From Balanoglossus misakiensis (taxonomy: Eukaryota; Animalia; Hemichordata): a DNA stretch of 64,000 nt. The position numbers and the translations under genes were made by a program. Location of the stretch: NCBI GenBank assembly GCA_040954595.2, contig CM082598.2, positions 2,697,062-2,761,061 on the forward strand, in the 5' to 3' direction. Positions within the stretch are counted from its first letter, which is position 1. Each line of letters opens with the position of its first letter. The notes under the pieces are model-generated. The model searched no databases, was not told the DNA's origin, and saw only the letters and a list, made by a program, of their open reading frames with translations. Below are positions 23,627 through 38,259 of this stretch, one piece after another.

Positions 23627-26236
23627 CGAATCCGAACAGCTGCTGTGTGTGGGCACGAACAGGCATCGGGTTGTACCGACGATCGAGTTTCATGTTCCAC
23701 CGTCTCCCCACTTTGTGACTAATTCGACTTATGTAACCAAATCAAACCGGCATTAAATGCCCACTTAGAATGTTTCTTCAAGTGGAACCGTTGAATTTTG
23801 TTTTTGCAGCCGAAGTGTGGCGCCAATTGAGAACGCCTCAAAGCGAGTCATATTAATGTAACCCGGATATGTTATCGCGTGGCACGATTTTTTTTGCCGA
23901 AAACAGGGCGACGCGATCGAATGTCGTCCGCCATAGTTTATGAATGGTTGTTAAGTTTTAGTGAAAGTGTGTAATCAATACTTCGTTATGGTTGGACAAG
24001 ATGCCGTGTCTTCGCTTAAATCCCTTCAGGATACGCCATTTATCGGAGAATTTCATGATTTGGAGTACAGAGACACAACAACCTGAGGGGACGGCGTGCA
24101 ACGGTTTCTCAGCTTTCTGTCAGATGTTCTGTATTCGCATGCCGCCGTGCGTCAGTGAAAGTCCCAGCGCCGCGCGATTCAACCGTTCTCCGTAAACTTC
24201 GCGAGAAGCCGGTGTACATTACATTGTGAGGAGGATCGATCCGCGGCACTATATCGTCCCAGCCGTTCGATCCAGTTCACTTCAAGAGGCTTCTGTCGGC
24301 CTACTCGTTGCCTGTCTGCGCGGCCACTTGCGAGTGTCGACAAGTCAACATGGTTTGGCGTTTTCATATAGTTCTTCAGCGAGACCCGGTCGATACAAGC
24401 GAAAGCTTTGACTTTTTAACGAGAGCAACTTCAGTTAATAAGTTGCGTGTATCGTTTTTCTCGGGAGTCTGAAGGGGCCGGAAACTGAAACCTCGCCATT
24501 CGCAGCTTCACACTGGTCATGACGCATTCAAAAACCGACAATCTGTCGCCATTGCACCGTGGACATTACTGTTCTGGTATATAGTGTCTGTCTTCGCGTT
24601 CCTTGTAATGAAGTTTTGTAGGATACGCTCATTTTCTAACCAGTATCTTCATCATCAGTCCGTCCACTGTCTGTCTGTCAGTCAGTCAGCTAGTCCGTCC
24701 GTCCTCCTGTCGGCCAGTCCCCCTAATAATGGACTCTTCCTATCAAACAGCAACCCACAATTCACTCATCCAACTTTCCATCGCACTAAAAAGAGTCTAT
24801 CACCGCTCCTTATCGGAATCACGCTCAAATGCGTTAAACACTCCGATCAATGCAGCATAGCCAAGTCCTTGAGATATACCTCACGAGGTTCTGCAATTAG
24901 ACGCTGACCAAAGCTCGTTCGGTTGAAAGGTTCCCTTTGCAAATCAACTATTAGTCTGTTTTCCTCCCAGTTAATTACAGTATAACTGCGTGGAGTAAAG
25001 ACACACAAGCACTTTTGTTGTTTTGCAGGCGACTTTTTCTAGCTGTGGGTTCTAGCGTTGGTTCTCTGAGATTTACCGGCCCGCTTTAATACAAGCTCCC
25101 TGACGTAAGAATATAGGACACAGATTACATATATAGAGTATTCAAAGCTCTAGTTTCACTCTAATAGTCACCAGCCAGACTTTGTAATACTTTAAACAAG
25201 TAAACATTATCCCGTTCCTCAAGTCGACGCCCTGTTGATAATATCTCATTATTTTATCCAGGTTCTCTCCAGTCTCAGGTATATATCAAACGTATCATGT
25301 GAAAAAAAACAAAGCATTTACTGTCCATATTCTGCGTTTTACATAAATGTAATCCAAACTTATACAGTGCACTCTTCAATCGTAACTTAAAGGGACACAG
25401 TTGTTAACTTTTGATATTCTTTTTAGTTATTGTGTTTTCTTTTGATTGGTTATTTTCAGTGTTTTACTCATTGAAACATGCCCAATGGCATGCTGTCATT
25501 GCTTAAAAAAATCATTTGGTTGCCACGCGAAAAGAATTGCACCACCAAACAGTCAAGTCTTATCCATTACTTGAATGGACATATGTAAAATACGAGTGAT
25601 TGTATAGCCAACTGAAAATGATCTGAACTACTTAATGACATCCAATTAGGGCGAAGCTGAAGGATTCAAATTGCTAGGCAACGGTTGCCAGGGAGATTTT
25701 TCAAAGCCAACACGGAAATGTACAGGTTATTTGTTTGATTTTCTTTGAATGATAACGAATACAGGACAGTAAAGATAGACGGAACTGATGAAGGTTTGGG
25801 CGTACGTTTTGGTCAGTGACGTCACGGATACGCAAATGTTGACAGAAAATAAGTCTCAGATCCTTGGACAGTGTTCGTGTCCTGATTCCAACCTGACGAA
25901 CTCTCACACTTATTTATCATGCGACATCTTCCGAGTGTTTAAGGAGGCGAGTCGTGCTTTCTTGTGCCAGGTCTTCATAACCCGAGTGCCATAAATTTCA
26001 TCTAGTGCCTATATCAGTCTGTCAAAGTTAATGATTCTGGAATACTTCATAGTCACGATAATATTGATGTTAAACAGTGTCTGGCACTGATTGCTATAAT
26101 TTTTCTATTACCACTCTTTCAATTTATTGAGTCATATCATTGACGGTAAACATTAATTACTGATATTTATATGAAATCAATCATTTTCGACAGTGTGGTG
26201 CAGACAATAGACAGATGACTGGGTGGGTCGTTAGAC

Positions 26237-26350
26237 AAGCAGACAGACAGACAGACAGACAGACACATACATACATACATACATACATACATACATACAT
26301 ACATACATACATACATACATACATACATACAGTGTCACTCACACACACAC
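26237..26350. repeat. Compound microsatellite (GACA)n(TACA)n(CA)n
   Basis: Directly visible. Confidence 0.95.
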
Positions 26351-29300
26351 TCAAACACAAACATATAGGGACACATAACAAGGGCCGAATCGAGCACGTA
26401 ACGTTGGCTGTGATATTTTAACCTAAGTCTGTAGTATTCAAATATTTGTATCAGTTTATTGTGTGAGTCATCGTTCAGGAAACCAACAGAGCGAGTAACC
26501 GTGCTTGATGTAGACATATTGATATGTGCATAAGCCATATAACTTTAGTAATGGAAACTATAATATTTCCCAATCTGCATACGGAATGGATGTAAAACTC
26601 GCTAACTGCGTCACGCCATTTTCAGGTCAGCCCACCAGGGAATACACGGTCGAAAAATCAATTTCTGCTCCGTCGTGACTAATTAGAATATGAAGATTCC
26701 CATTCTCAGTGGCTAATGCAATCAATATCTATTTGCAAAATCTCCACGTGGTTTATAGTTTGACGTCGACGGGGTAACGGGATGACTCCATTAGCGGCCT
26801 CTGTGCTCGGACTTTCGTGGTCAGTTACATTTCTGGGGACGTTCTATTTAAATATACACAATCCGACCCTTAGTTTTCATAAATGTCTTGTAAATAAATC
26901 ATTAAATAATCGTCGAATATCTCAGTAGTGTTGAACAGGTATGCAACGTTTGATAAATATCTTTCAATTCTGTCATTAAAAACGTCGAATATCTCTATAC
27001 GTTATATCTGGCAGCGACAAGTAAGTACTGGTCAAATGTTATCATCTTAGCACAAGATAAAGGCTATTAGAGTAATTACTAGCTTCCGTCTTCAATTAAG
27101 CGTTTCAATTTACACTTCGGAGAACCCCGACGGGCCGGGATAAACAAATTAATTCTGTACCCGCGGATAAAAATATCACTGAAGTGAAAAAGTCACTTAT
27201 GAATCGTGAACACTGGCGGTGTACAGTTTCCTCACGACAAATTCGCAGAAAGTTGAATACATGCCGGGAACGTGATCACATCCGCTTAATATCGACAATC
27301 GATTCCGTGACGAATGCATGATGCGATTCAAAGACTGTGTTGATATTTGAGGTCACGGAAAATCGACTCGCGTGGTTCACTCCGCCCAGTGTGCTTGACT
27401 TCGGAGTGCATTGTAACGGTATAAACATGTGTACTACTAATTCACTGAATATTTCAATCTCACTATTGTCAGAGGCTTTTACAAGTATCGTCTTTCACTC
27501 TAATTAAAAAAAAGTGGTTAGATCCTGTGTTGAGAGGAAGAAGAATGAAAATCTCATCTTTAATAGAAATGGGTTTCAAGAAATCTTCGATATATGTTTT
27601 CTTACCGTCTATTACAGTCAGGATCCCGTCTTATGGGAACCGACTTAATTTACATAATCGCCTATGACGTCATCTTGCTCATACAGGAAGATGATGATTC
27701 AAAGACGACTGATCAAAATCGGTCGCTAAAAGGGCCCCAGTAATATCGACACATGAAGTGACCATCATATCGAGCAGTATAAAATGTGTTAAGTCAGGGA
27801 ATGTTGTAACTGTTTCCAGTGTTAAACCACAATACGGTTGAAATATATGCAAATCATATACAAATTTAAAACAGTATAAAAAGTTCGCACTAAAAATACT
27901 CGACGTTTAGAATTTTTCACATCTGCCAAAGCTAGCATACTGATGTTCTGTACACATCAGGACGTTCTGTCTTCATTGTGCATAGTATACACATGTTCAA
28001 CTCCGCCAAACACGACACTCGCCTTTTTGTGATCAAGTAATCCTACCAAAACGTTGTATGAATATTATTTAAAGTTCACCTGGTTTGAATGTTCTCTCTT
28101 CTATTCAGCTAGACGTTAGGTTGTCAATTGACTGTGCCCCAATGTTTTTTTAAAAAACTTACGAATTATGTGGGTAAATGTATTTTTACGACATAATTCT
28201 TCAATAAGTACAATTTACTTCAAGCTTGACATCGTCTTACATGAAAAGCCCTCTGGCAGACGGATTTTTGTTTTCTGAGAGAGAAATGAATATTAGCGGT
28301 GTAAGAGGGCAGTCTGAAATGACGTCATCCTGGTCTGTCGTGACGTTTCGGTGGCTTTTCGATCCACCCAATAGATTATATCCATAACTCTTACAGAGAA
28401 ATGATATCATTATAGTTGAGATTAATTACCATTTAAGTCATTAACTTACCGTAGCCAATCAATCTAGGAAACGCGCGCGTAATATTGAACAGGTCTCAAT
28501 CTGAAACGAGCGAACTTTGCCATTATGATACGGGCTAGCATAGGCTCTCGCCTGAGGACGAGGAATATAAATCATAAAGTACCCTCTTTCCATTTATCGT
28601 TTTTTTCTCCTTTTTGGCAAGAATCGAGCATTCATAATAATTCGTGGGCATTTAAAATGAATCCCATATATTTCTCTGTCTCGTTTGAATTGTCAACTTC
28701 CGAAGTGCATTTCCGAATGATAAGTTTCACCCGAAGTTCTGTGACGGCACAGTGACCAATGTACGTCGTTGGTGTCCATGGACATGATTATAACTTCACA
28801 AACCTGTCGCATACTCAGTTGCTTCCTGTTCGGAAGTCTCAATTAATCAAGGCACGTTCGACAGGCTTCCCTTTCCATTCATGCGAAAGAAGACAAGGAT
28901 ATAAGCTCCGTTGTTTGACAGTTGAAATCTAAATGTCAACCATCCGCATTATTGTCTTGCCCAAAGGAAATTCTCTGTCGACATGCGTGTGTATGTGCTT
29001 TTTTATCGACGGCTGTAATAGCTGTAAGAAAGCAACGTCATCGTGTAGGCAAGAAAGAATCGAATATACCGGTACTTCTTGATATTTAAGAACGCTATTG
29101 GTATTTCAGAAAGCCGGGAGGTAGTTCTATCATGGAAAAATATTAAATTAATGAATTTGACTGCCTAATGCTTACTTAACAAGCAAGGGGCGTTGAACAG
29201 ACTTGTACGAAGAGCATTATTCACTCACACTACTTCTTATTTATGCGGCTTGATGTAAATCATCACTCTCATACACACCGAGTTAAGCCCTTATTCAAAT

Positions 29301-31171
29301 CATACGTTGTAATTCTTTCAGTAATGCATTAAAGCAGACGCCCACGTAATTCCGCACCGCGTTTGTAGTGAGTTAAGGTGGTGATATACGCAGAATTTAG
29401 AATATTGTCACTTTCCTGATATTTATATATGTTGTATATCATCGAATTTTAAATACAAAAGTATAGAAATAAACAGGGTGTTTCATCCTGCTTGTCAGTT
29501 AGGGGTCAATAACAATGGGGAAAATGCTGCGTCAGCACTTTTCTTTCATCCTCCATGCTATAGTTTTCCTCTGGTGAAAACATCCGAAGAGCTCTATCAA
29601 AAATCAAGCATGGTGACGTACATTTAGGGCTATAGTATAAGATAACCATGCACTTCATCGGGTTACCATGGCCACTACGCACGTGGGCGGGGTAGCTTCA
29701 AGTCCGCGCGCGTGTTCACACCCATGGAGTTGGCTGGCAGTAACACATCCACGCACAAAGTTCCCGCTGTGGCTACTCAGTGAGAATACGTGTGATAGTA
29801 TGAATTTATCCTTCTTGATGGAGTACATGTAATTAGGTTCAGCGTGACAAACTCAATAATATTCCTCCGTAGCATAGTTCACACGTACTGCGCCCTTGGC
29901 GACAGGTCAAGTTCAGCTTCAACTGCATTTTGATGAGATGCGGTTTAAAGTGTTGCTTCTCGTACCACTGACACGAAATTCGTTTTTCACGTTTAACGTG
30001 ACATTATGGCAGCTTTTTGGCAGAATAGCGTATTAAAATGTGTCGTACATCCATAATTGCGCAAATAAACACCTCGTTTTTCGGTTCAAATACTCAGAAA
30101 TAAGACGGCTGTGGCGGGCATATTTTCAAAGAAAACCGTATTTTGGCTTTGTATCTCTGAGGTACTACCATTTAATACATTGGCCAATTTCCGTTTCGCC
30201 AGAATCAAAACGTTTTATTTTGCTCTCGCGTTGTCTGTGAAATCCTGTTATCGTTGATGTATAAATTTTCTTTCAAATGACTCAACGATTCCCAGGTGAG
30301 CTAACCTTTCGGCTAGAAAGGCACCATAAAACGATTGTTGTGTATGTTTTACAAAACCGTTTTCTGTATGTAATTGCCCTCACTGTATTGGGTTTTGTAA
30401 GCGTTCCCGCCCGCCATATAATCGACTTTTTTTCTTGTAAGTAACTTGCTCAAAAACGTACGTCATAGGGTTGAACGCTCCTATGTGTCTAACTCATCGA
30501 ACCCCGGAGTGATTTCTGCGTTGTCTCGCGATTATCTTAAATTAAGCTAACAGAAAGATTACACGTGCAATTTGTGTGAAAAAAGAGAAAGCTCAAAATA
30601 GCCTGGTACATCGTCTATTTCTTCCCTCGGGCTAATTTTTAATTTGGTTTAAATCTTCAGCTGCTTTGAATGGTTCGCATTTTGTTTAATAGCGCGAGTC
30701 TGTAAAAACGGACATTTTCTGGCTGTGTGCTCTGTCAGTGAAAGTAATTATATAACATTTTCGTTACTTTGTGAGAAACATTTAAGATGTGCATTATTAT
30801 AGGGCGTCGAAAAGTCCAATGTCATCCTATTTTCGTCATGCATCACTTTATGCGCCTATCTGGTTCACTGCAGGGTGCGGAAACTCAATCAAATTATCAA
30901 CGTGAAACATCTAAAATTACTTCTTTTTAACAAAACGGACATTTTTCCAAGTATAATAGCATACAGGAAGAGCATATTGTTCAGAGTAATTGCCAGTGTG
31001 CCCACGATATTGTAGTGCAGGCCTTTTGAATTCTGTTTTGTGAACGACACTGAGTTCTGTGAATTTACATGTAGTAGACACAAGCACATGGTGTTTACAA
31101 GTTAGAGTAGGTAACAGAGCGGGTTATTAACATGTTGCAAGTGTGGCATCTGTTCGGTGACATCTAGTACG

Positions 31172-31230
31172 CCAATCAGCTTCTGAGACCGCGTTTGAAA
31201 CAGTCGTGATGCAAAACTGGTCATATAAAA
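31172..31230 (+). promoter_or_regulatory. CCAAT plus TATA core promoter candidate
   Basis: GCCAATCAG at 31171-31179 and TATAAAAG at 31224-31231, followed by a GC-rich ~320 nt segment ending at donor GAG|GTGAAT (31572). Confidence 0.5.
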
Positions 31231-32316
31231 GGTCGATGCTTCAGGTCGTAGGGGCTCTACTCTGCTTCCAGCGTTTCTCTGGTCGCCGTGTGTTGCTTCC
31301 GGGTACAAAGTCACCGTCCATGTCCGTGCGTTCGCCTGTTGCGGGCTTAGGATACCTACCAGTGTTTACGTCAACATTGTCCACTAACCGTCCACCGTCT
31401 CCGAACAGTTGTGAAGCCAGTAGCTCCGTTCCAGGCCCAGGAAATCGCCGTTTCGTCGGTTGCCGGACCTTGCTTCGTCGTTCTTCGCTCGGGGACTCTG
31501 GACATTGCTCTTGTCGTGAGCCATAATGACACAGCAAGCTAAAGACGCAGCAACACCCGCGTTTAACTGAGGTGAATTGTAGCACAATTGCGTAGTATAA
31601 AACAATATATAATATAGCATGTATATCAAAAAATAATAAAATAATGATGGTAGGCTCCACCGTGTGTGTGAAGTGTAGGTTGTTCTCATACTAACGTCAA
31701 TGGATGATAGGAAATAGACTAAATCATTCCAATCTGACTATTTGAAATATTTGAGTCATACGTTAACATCTTAATCAATCTATCTCTTTAGACCAACCTG
31801 AAAGTCTGTGACACAATGTATTGTAATTTGATCATTATCGATGTTGATTACATCTAATTACAATTCAGTTGTTTCTCGTCCTTTTTATCAAAACGCGGAA
31901 TTTTATCAGCACATGGGTTGCCTTACTGTCTCTTTTTAATGTACAATGATTGATCTGAAATATTCGTTGTTAAAAATGATTTATTTGTGCGCTCGCAAAT
32001 ATGACTGCATTTATTGGCGAAATTGAAGATGGTGGGCAGGTGGTTTAAGATAAGGACATCTCGGGGAATTGCACAGGAAAGGAAATAACAGTTGAAATGA
32101 GATATAGACAGCCATGTGAATTATTGACTTGCCTAGCAAAAGCGTATATGCAAAATCGTATAATAAATTTAAGAGTGGTTAGTTTGGTTTTTACTGTTCA
32201 ATGAAGTTTTAACAGACTGGAAAGTTTTAATGAACTTTCAAGTTGTTTAATCTTCTTTGGGCATGTAGAACTTTTAACTCATTACTTTCCATTTATTTAT
32301 TTGTCAATTTGTACAG

Positions 32317-32455
32317 GTACTGAAGATAACTTGCTTGAAGGTCACCGTTTTGCTAACAACGGGGTGAAAATGTGTCTTTCTACCATTCATCTTTATATCA
32401 AGTCGTCTGACCAATCCTGAACTTCAACCTACAGTTTGACGCATGTGCATAGACG
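32317..32455 (+). other. Candidate internal exon (non-coding or start-codon-bearing)
   Basis: Acceptor ttatttgtcaatttgtacAG and donor ACG|GTAAGG. Contains only short ORFs (ATG TGC ATA GAC G at its 3' end). Confidence 0.4.
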
Positions 32456-35400
32456 GTAAGGGCAAAGTAATTTAACTTTCACGCCTCTTGAAATCATAGA
32501 AAGGTTTCCTAAGTACTATTGATGCCATCGCATATGGCTGTTGCCCCTATGTGTTGCGGCAATGCGTCATATTTATGGGACAGTGTCCTATAAGTTGACA
32601 ACTTCCTCGCTTTTTTCACAACTACTAAAATGCCAGTCACCTGTACAATGTCACGGTGCTCCATCGATCCAGTGTTAGCCCCAAGCAAAACTCAGGCAAA
32701 TCATAACGATTTGAGTCTATCTGTCTGCATAATCGATAACTCGAGAACGGATGATCAGATTTCGACCAAACTTCTTGTTAATTAAGGTCTAATTTGCATA
32801 TTTAATGAATTTAATAATATAAGTTAGAACTATAAATCTAGAGTTAGAGTAACTCCGCTGAAGTTTATGTAATTAGCTATAGGTACTAGCAGAAACTAAT
32901 GTAACTGTAGATAACGTGGGACTTTTGTCACCCATCTGCGAAGCACTTTTTATTTAAGGTAATGTTAATTGCCTATCCCTGATATTGCTCAGTGGCAAGT
33001 CATGTGAGGTAATATTCCATGTTTGATAATCAGGACAGGCGAGGTCAAACCTCAGTAGTTGCATCTCCGTTATGAAACTAAAGGTAATTGTACCATCTGC
33101 CGCCACAGCGTTTATGCTTTCTTGGAATCCAAGAAAATCCTATGCGCATTGCAAGGACTTAAAGTATAACCTTTTTTTTTCATTTTGCCTGATCGCTAAT
33201 GTTGCCTTAAGCCCTTGGATTACTACCGTCTGTATTTAGTCTACCCCCGCCCCACACACAGACAGACACACACGCAATGGCAGTGTGCTGTTCGAACGTC
33301 CGCCGTTAGCAAGGACATGACGAATCACTGGATTGCGAAAGAAGGGCAATGGTCAGCACACAAAGTAGCAATAAACCTTCCGGTTATGACCACTTCCGCT
33401 AAACGCTCAAGGCCGACTTCCCTTTCTTGAATTACCGTGGTAATGTTTATTGCCTACGGTGTCACTGGCAAACGACCCCCATCGAAAATTGGACTGTGAC
33501 GTATAGGAAGGCAATGACAGCTTTCTCAACAATGTCTATATTACTGTCACAGCAAGTTTACACCGTACAGTTAAAGTGTCCAGCACAGTTCGTATTGAAC
33601 TTGTTATAATGTGTGGCAATTATGATTCTTTCAAGGAAAGTTCCTCCTCTTTTTGGCAAGTTTCTTTTCTTGGTTCCTGCACGCACCATAACCAGACTAG
33701 CGTTCATTGGGAAGGGGGGAATCGGATGCTTAAAGAGTGTTGCAATCTAGGGGAGGCCAGAATTATCTAAGACAGACGTTCTGTCAGAATTGAGAAACAG
33801 GGAGAATGTATTGACTCTGCCATCAACCACAACCCCAAGCCGAGACAACAAACGAACATATGTTATAGGCACAATCATAAACGTGTGAAGTAATAATGAA
33901 ATTCGAGAGACAAGCGCCACCGCTTTGATGCATACGGAGAACATTGATATCCAACCAACGGTGGGTTCTGGAAAACGCTAGGGGGGGGAGGGGTGCGTTC
34001 AACTGTTTCGCCACGCCATTCGCTTCCAAGCTACACCAGATGTAGTTGGTATAAGAGATGCATTGTTTTAGGCTAGGAATGCACCCCTGAGAAAAATGCA
34101 GGAATTCATTAAGATCGGTTTGAGACGGTCAACCTTTAGTAAGCTTTTCCACATTATAGCCTTCCGGCAAATGAGGGCACTGAAGATTCTAGATCGACGT
34201 TGTTCGTATCACGTAGAGACAGGATTCGTTTGAATCTCAACTCCCACATTAGGGATGGACATTGTGGTATCCAGGGGGGTCTGGAAGATTGACGAGGTAG
34301 CATATATTTTAGCAGCTGATCCACTGGTAATTTGTTCACTCCCTGATTTCTGGCAACTGTTTCGCACTCCTCATTTGGGTAGGTTTCTTTCGCGTTAGTT
34401 CGCAATCTTTTTTCACACCTCTAACTGAATTTTAATTTGCTGATTCGAAAATCTTTCAAACCCCTTAGGATATCAAATGGTCCACCCTCACAAATTGCAC
34501 GTTTATCGCGTTATTATTTTAACTAGGGCAGCGAGTGAACCTTGAAAGTCTTCTCGTTTGCATTCTTCTTCACAATTTCAAACAGAGAAAGCCACAGACC
34601 CGGTGTTCACGTTAATGAGCATGGGCCTATATGATATTAAATGGGACAAAAACGCCTATAAGAAGCTGATAAATGATTGAATTGGGACCCAGTCATATAA
34701 TAGGCTCCTCTCCGTTTTCAGAGATGTGATACTACGAACAGATGTGATTGATGAGTTTAATGATAGGTACTCAGACGCGAATGGTGACGTTTCTCACGCT
34801 GATGTAGGTAGGAATTGACTTATCTGGTGCAAACAATAAGCGATATCGCTTGTCGAGCCAGGGCTTGGCTTTCGTTGTGAAAGGCGTAACTCAGACCCTG
34901 TTGGTGAAGCAAGCAGCCGAATCATCAACCAGCTGCTGTCTGCCGCGTTTGTCCGGCAGAAATTGTCCCGTGGTATTTTTTTCGCAAGATTGTACAATGT
35001 TAAAAGGTTAATCTCTTTGCCTGATACTTATCCTGGAAATTGGAAACATATGTTGAGCGTTCATAAAATGGCGTCTGGCTACCGGGCTACTTAAAACGCC
35101 ACTTTGTCAATTCATTTTTAATCAAAATTCAGCATCGGATTTTGGCTCTATCAAACTAAAATTATCCCTGGCTATTTTTGGAATTAAATGTTATAAAAAG
35201 ACCACAAACGACGCGACGTCGACCAGATATGTAAACGATGCGCGACCCCGTGATCATGAAACCCAAAACGTTCAATTAAAATGAAACCATTACAAAAGAA
35301 AACACGCTAGTTTTGAAATTGTTTGTGGTAAAATCTCATCTCCTTGAAGGATTGCGCTTACTTACTTTTTTTCATGCTCGCCTGAGCATAAGATCATGGC

Positions 35401-35662
35401 GAAGTCGGACTAGAATCTTCGTGTAATTATTATCGTATCTCCCCCGCCGCGGCGACGTGGATTTAATGCCAATCATACTAGCATATAGATTACTATCATT
35501 GAAAAAAGCGATGTAGAAGTCATGAATCCGTACGTTCAAACTGGGACCGCTGCAAGAATATTCCAGAGTGAGCCAGACCGCGTGAAGTTGTAGGCACAGA
35601 AATGGTTGAATTCGTTTGTGAAAGCTCGCCCTATTGCAAGGGTTTCAGCAATCTACCCGAGG

Positions 35663-35948
35663 AGGCACTATGGTTTACATTTGCACGTGAGACAAATTCT
35701 AGGCGCGAAAATAATATGTTGCAAAAATAGGCGCCATGAGGCACTACGGTTTACATTTGGACGTGAGACATTCTAGGCGCGAAAAAAATGTTGCAAAAAT
35801 AGGCGCGATGAGGCACTGTGGTATACATTTGGACGTGAGACAAATTCTAGGCGCGAAAAAAATGTTGCAAAAATAGGCGCCATGAGGCACTGTGGTATAC
35901 ATTTGGACGTGAGACAAATTCTAGGCGCGAAAAAAATGTTGCAAAAAT
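35663..35948. repeat. Minisatellite, ~74 bp x 4
   Basis: Unit gaggcactgtggtatacatttggacgtgagacaaattctaggcgcgaaaaaaatgttgcaaaaataggcgccat starts at about 35663, 35738, 35810 and 35884. Confidence 0.9.
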
Positions 35949-37517
35949 TCGATTCATATCGGTCACTGCATGCTGTTTTTTGTTCTTGGCAAAGTGGGTG
36001 ATCCACTGCCAAAAAACGAGACTTGTGGTATGAGAATCACTGTCTGTTAGGAAACTGAGTCATCTGAACAGAATCTAAGTTTGAAAATATATTTTCCGTG
36101 GCTAGACGTCAGCTGAGGATGCCCACCCAAGACTTTCCTCCAAGCCCACCTTGCTGTAGAGTGTACAGTTACCGCCCAGACGATACTTTCAAGTTTCATA
36201 CATTCGCAGAATTCACGAAACCGAAGAGTAATGCCTAAGTATCTGAGCTGATAGCGGGGTGTCGTGTACCCCTGTGACCCTTTTCCGCAGCTGCCTGACA
36301 ATTTGCAAAACGCTCGGTCACACAAGCAAAATTCAGTGTAAAGTGAGTTGAAAGGGGTCAGAAAAATGGCGCGAAACTCTGTCGTGCCCGAAATTGCAAA
36401 GACTCAATGGCGCCTGGAGTAGCAAAGTCTTTCAAAAATGAAGTTTCTTCGCAAAACCGGCATCAATGCGACTGAAATATGCATTTAAGGGGTGAACAGA
36501 GCAGTTTTCAACTGTCGTTTCACAAAACTCAGTATATGCATCAAGTAAAATCGACAAAACACGCCAAACGGTAAAAGACCAGAGAGTCCTTGACAATACA
36601 CGTAGCGGATCGGGACCAGTTTTTTTCAGACCCAGTAGACCACTTCTAAATTGCACGAAATTTTCCTTACTGTAACAACTATGAATATTGAGACAGCCAC
36701 TTACCTGTTAAATAAATAATGCCTATTGAAACGGATGGAGAGCAGAAAGATAGGGAACACTCACTACATCAGATGTGCCATACGCGACACACGAAGCAGT
36801 ACTGTGCACGGGGCTTATATAGCACAGCTGATCAGTCGCCAACACCGTGGAAGTAGACTGACATTGACGTCATAGACTTGCGCCTGCGCAACAGTGCCGC
36901 CTGCTACTAATTTGCAGAACACCTCATACCTGGTGTTCTCTTAGCCTTGGGCTGATCGTTTATAGGTAAGGGCCACTCGTAATTCCCCGAGACCCCTCGG
37001 CGAGATTCACTTTTTTGGGATTGTGCTTGCAGTGCGTCTATAATTAGAATCTCGACCCAAAGTGAGACCCGACAATCATGGATGTGCGATCGGTTTTCAC
37101 ATTCAAAACTGAAGTCTTGTCGAACGGAAACGTGTTATTGGAAAAATAAATGCTGATCAAACAATCCGGAAGCATAAATATCCCACCCACGTGTAACCGT
37201 TATTAATGAGCTATAATATCGCATGAAGATCGGTCGATTGCCAAGTGGACGCCATTTTAATTAATGCTCGGTTGTCTCCAGATAAAAGCTGTACGCTCTC
37301 CTCTCACGGGCAACCCTGAGTGATGAGACAAAATTGCAAAAATCGCATTCCTTTCATTCAGAATGTGTTGTACATGGAGGCATGCACGTCACATAAGAGG
37401 ATGTTTTTCCTCATATGTCTATGTAATGTGAATAGTTAAGAAAACATATGACGGAAGCATTCCTTTGAAGAAGTTATTCAATATCACTGTACTGTAGCTG
37501 CATGTGTGCATTGCCCC

Positions 37518-37518
<1 letters not shown>

Positions 37519-37603
<85 letters not shown>
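37519..37603. repeat. (GATA)n microsatellite, ~21 units
   Basis: Directly visible. Confidence 0.97.
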
Positions 37604-37604
<1 letters not shown>

Positions 37605-38259
37605 CATAAAATTAGTTTAGTCTTGTGTGTTTCTTAGCACAAAATCTAGAACAGATGTGTCATCTAGTGGGATTAATTCATTTCCGAATCTAGGACGTGT
37701 GCTTTCTACGACTCCTTGAAACGTGCGACGTATGCATCGAATACGACCGTATATAAATTGGTAACCGAGCTAATCGTTTTAGGCTGTTTCACCGTGTCTT
37801 CAGTAATAACCGTCCCCGAAGCTAAATACCAAATGGGTTTCAGACCACGCATTATTCCCGCGTTTTCGATGACCTACAAACGCTCACTTTTTTAACCTCT
37901 GCCATTTACAAATCACCAACTCCGATATATCCATCCATAAATTTATTTGCTTTTTAAATTTAACTATCGAATTATTGAAAATTGTTATGCATGGGCACGA
38001 ACGATGGTCCTTACACTTTTTATCGTGATATTCAACGGTAAAAGTGCGTTTCAGATCTCTAGCTCGATTATTTATACCATGACTGTAGCCTAATGCTGAT
38101 CAGATATTACTAGAACGTACAGCAGAACAAGAGCGAGACCAAACGATCAGTTGAAGGGGAGGGTCGACAGAACCGTCGGCATTGTTCCCGCTCTTCATTG
38201 AGACCCTGCCAACAAATAGATGTTGTTTCCAAGTAATTTAATTGGATATGTGATAAAAA

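Noticed and set aside
33576-33770. ORF with MCG...KECCNLG resembling an insulin fragment
   Set aside because: Lacks the remaining cysteines (no CC-x3-C-x8-C), a signal peptide and supporting splice sites.
26181-37607. ORFs with MYVC, HTYI or IYLS repeats
   Set aside because: Translations of the (TACA)n and (GATA)n microsatellites.
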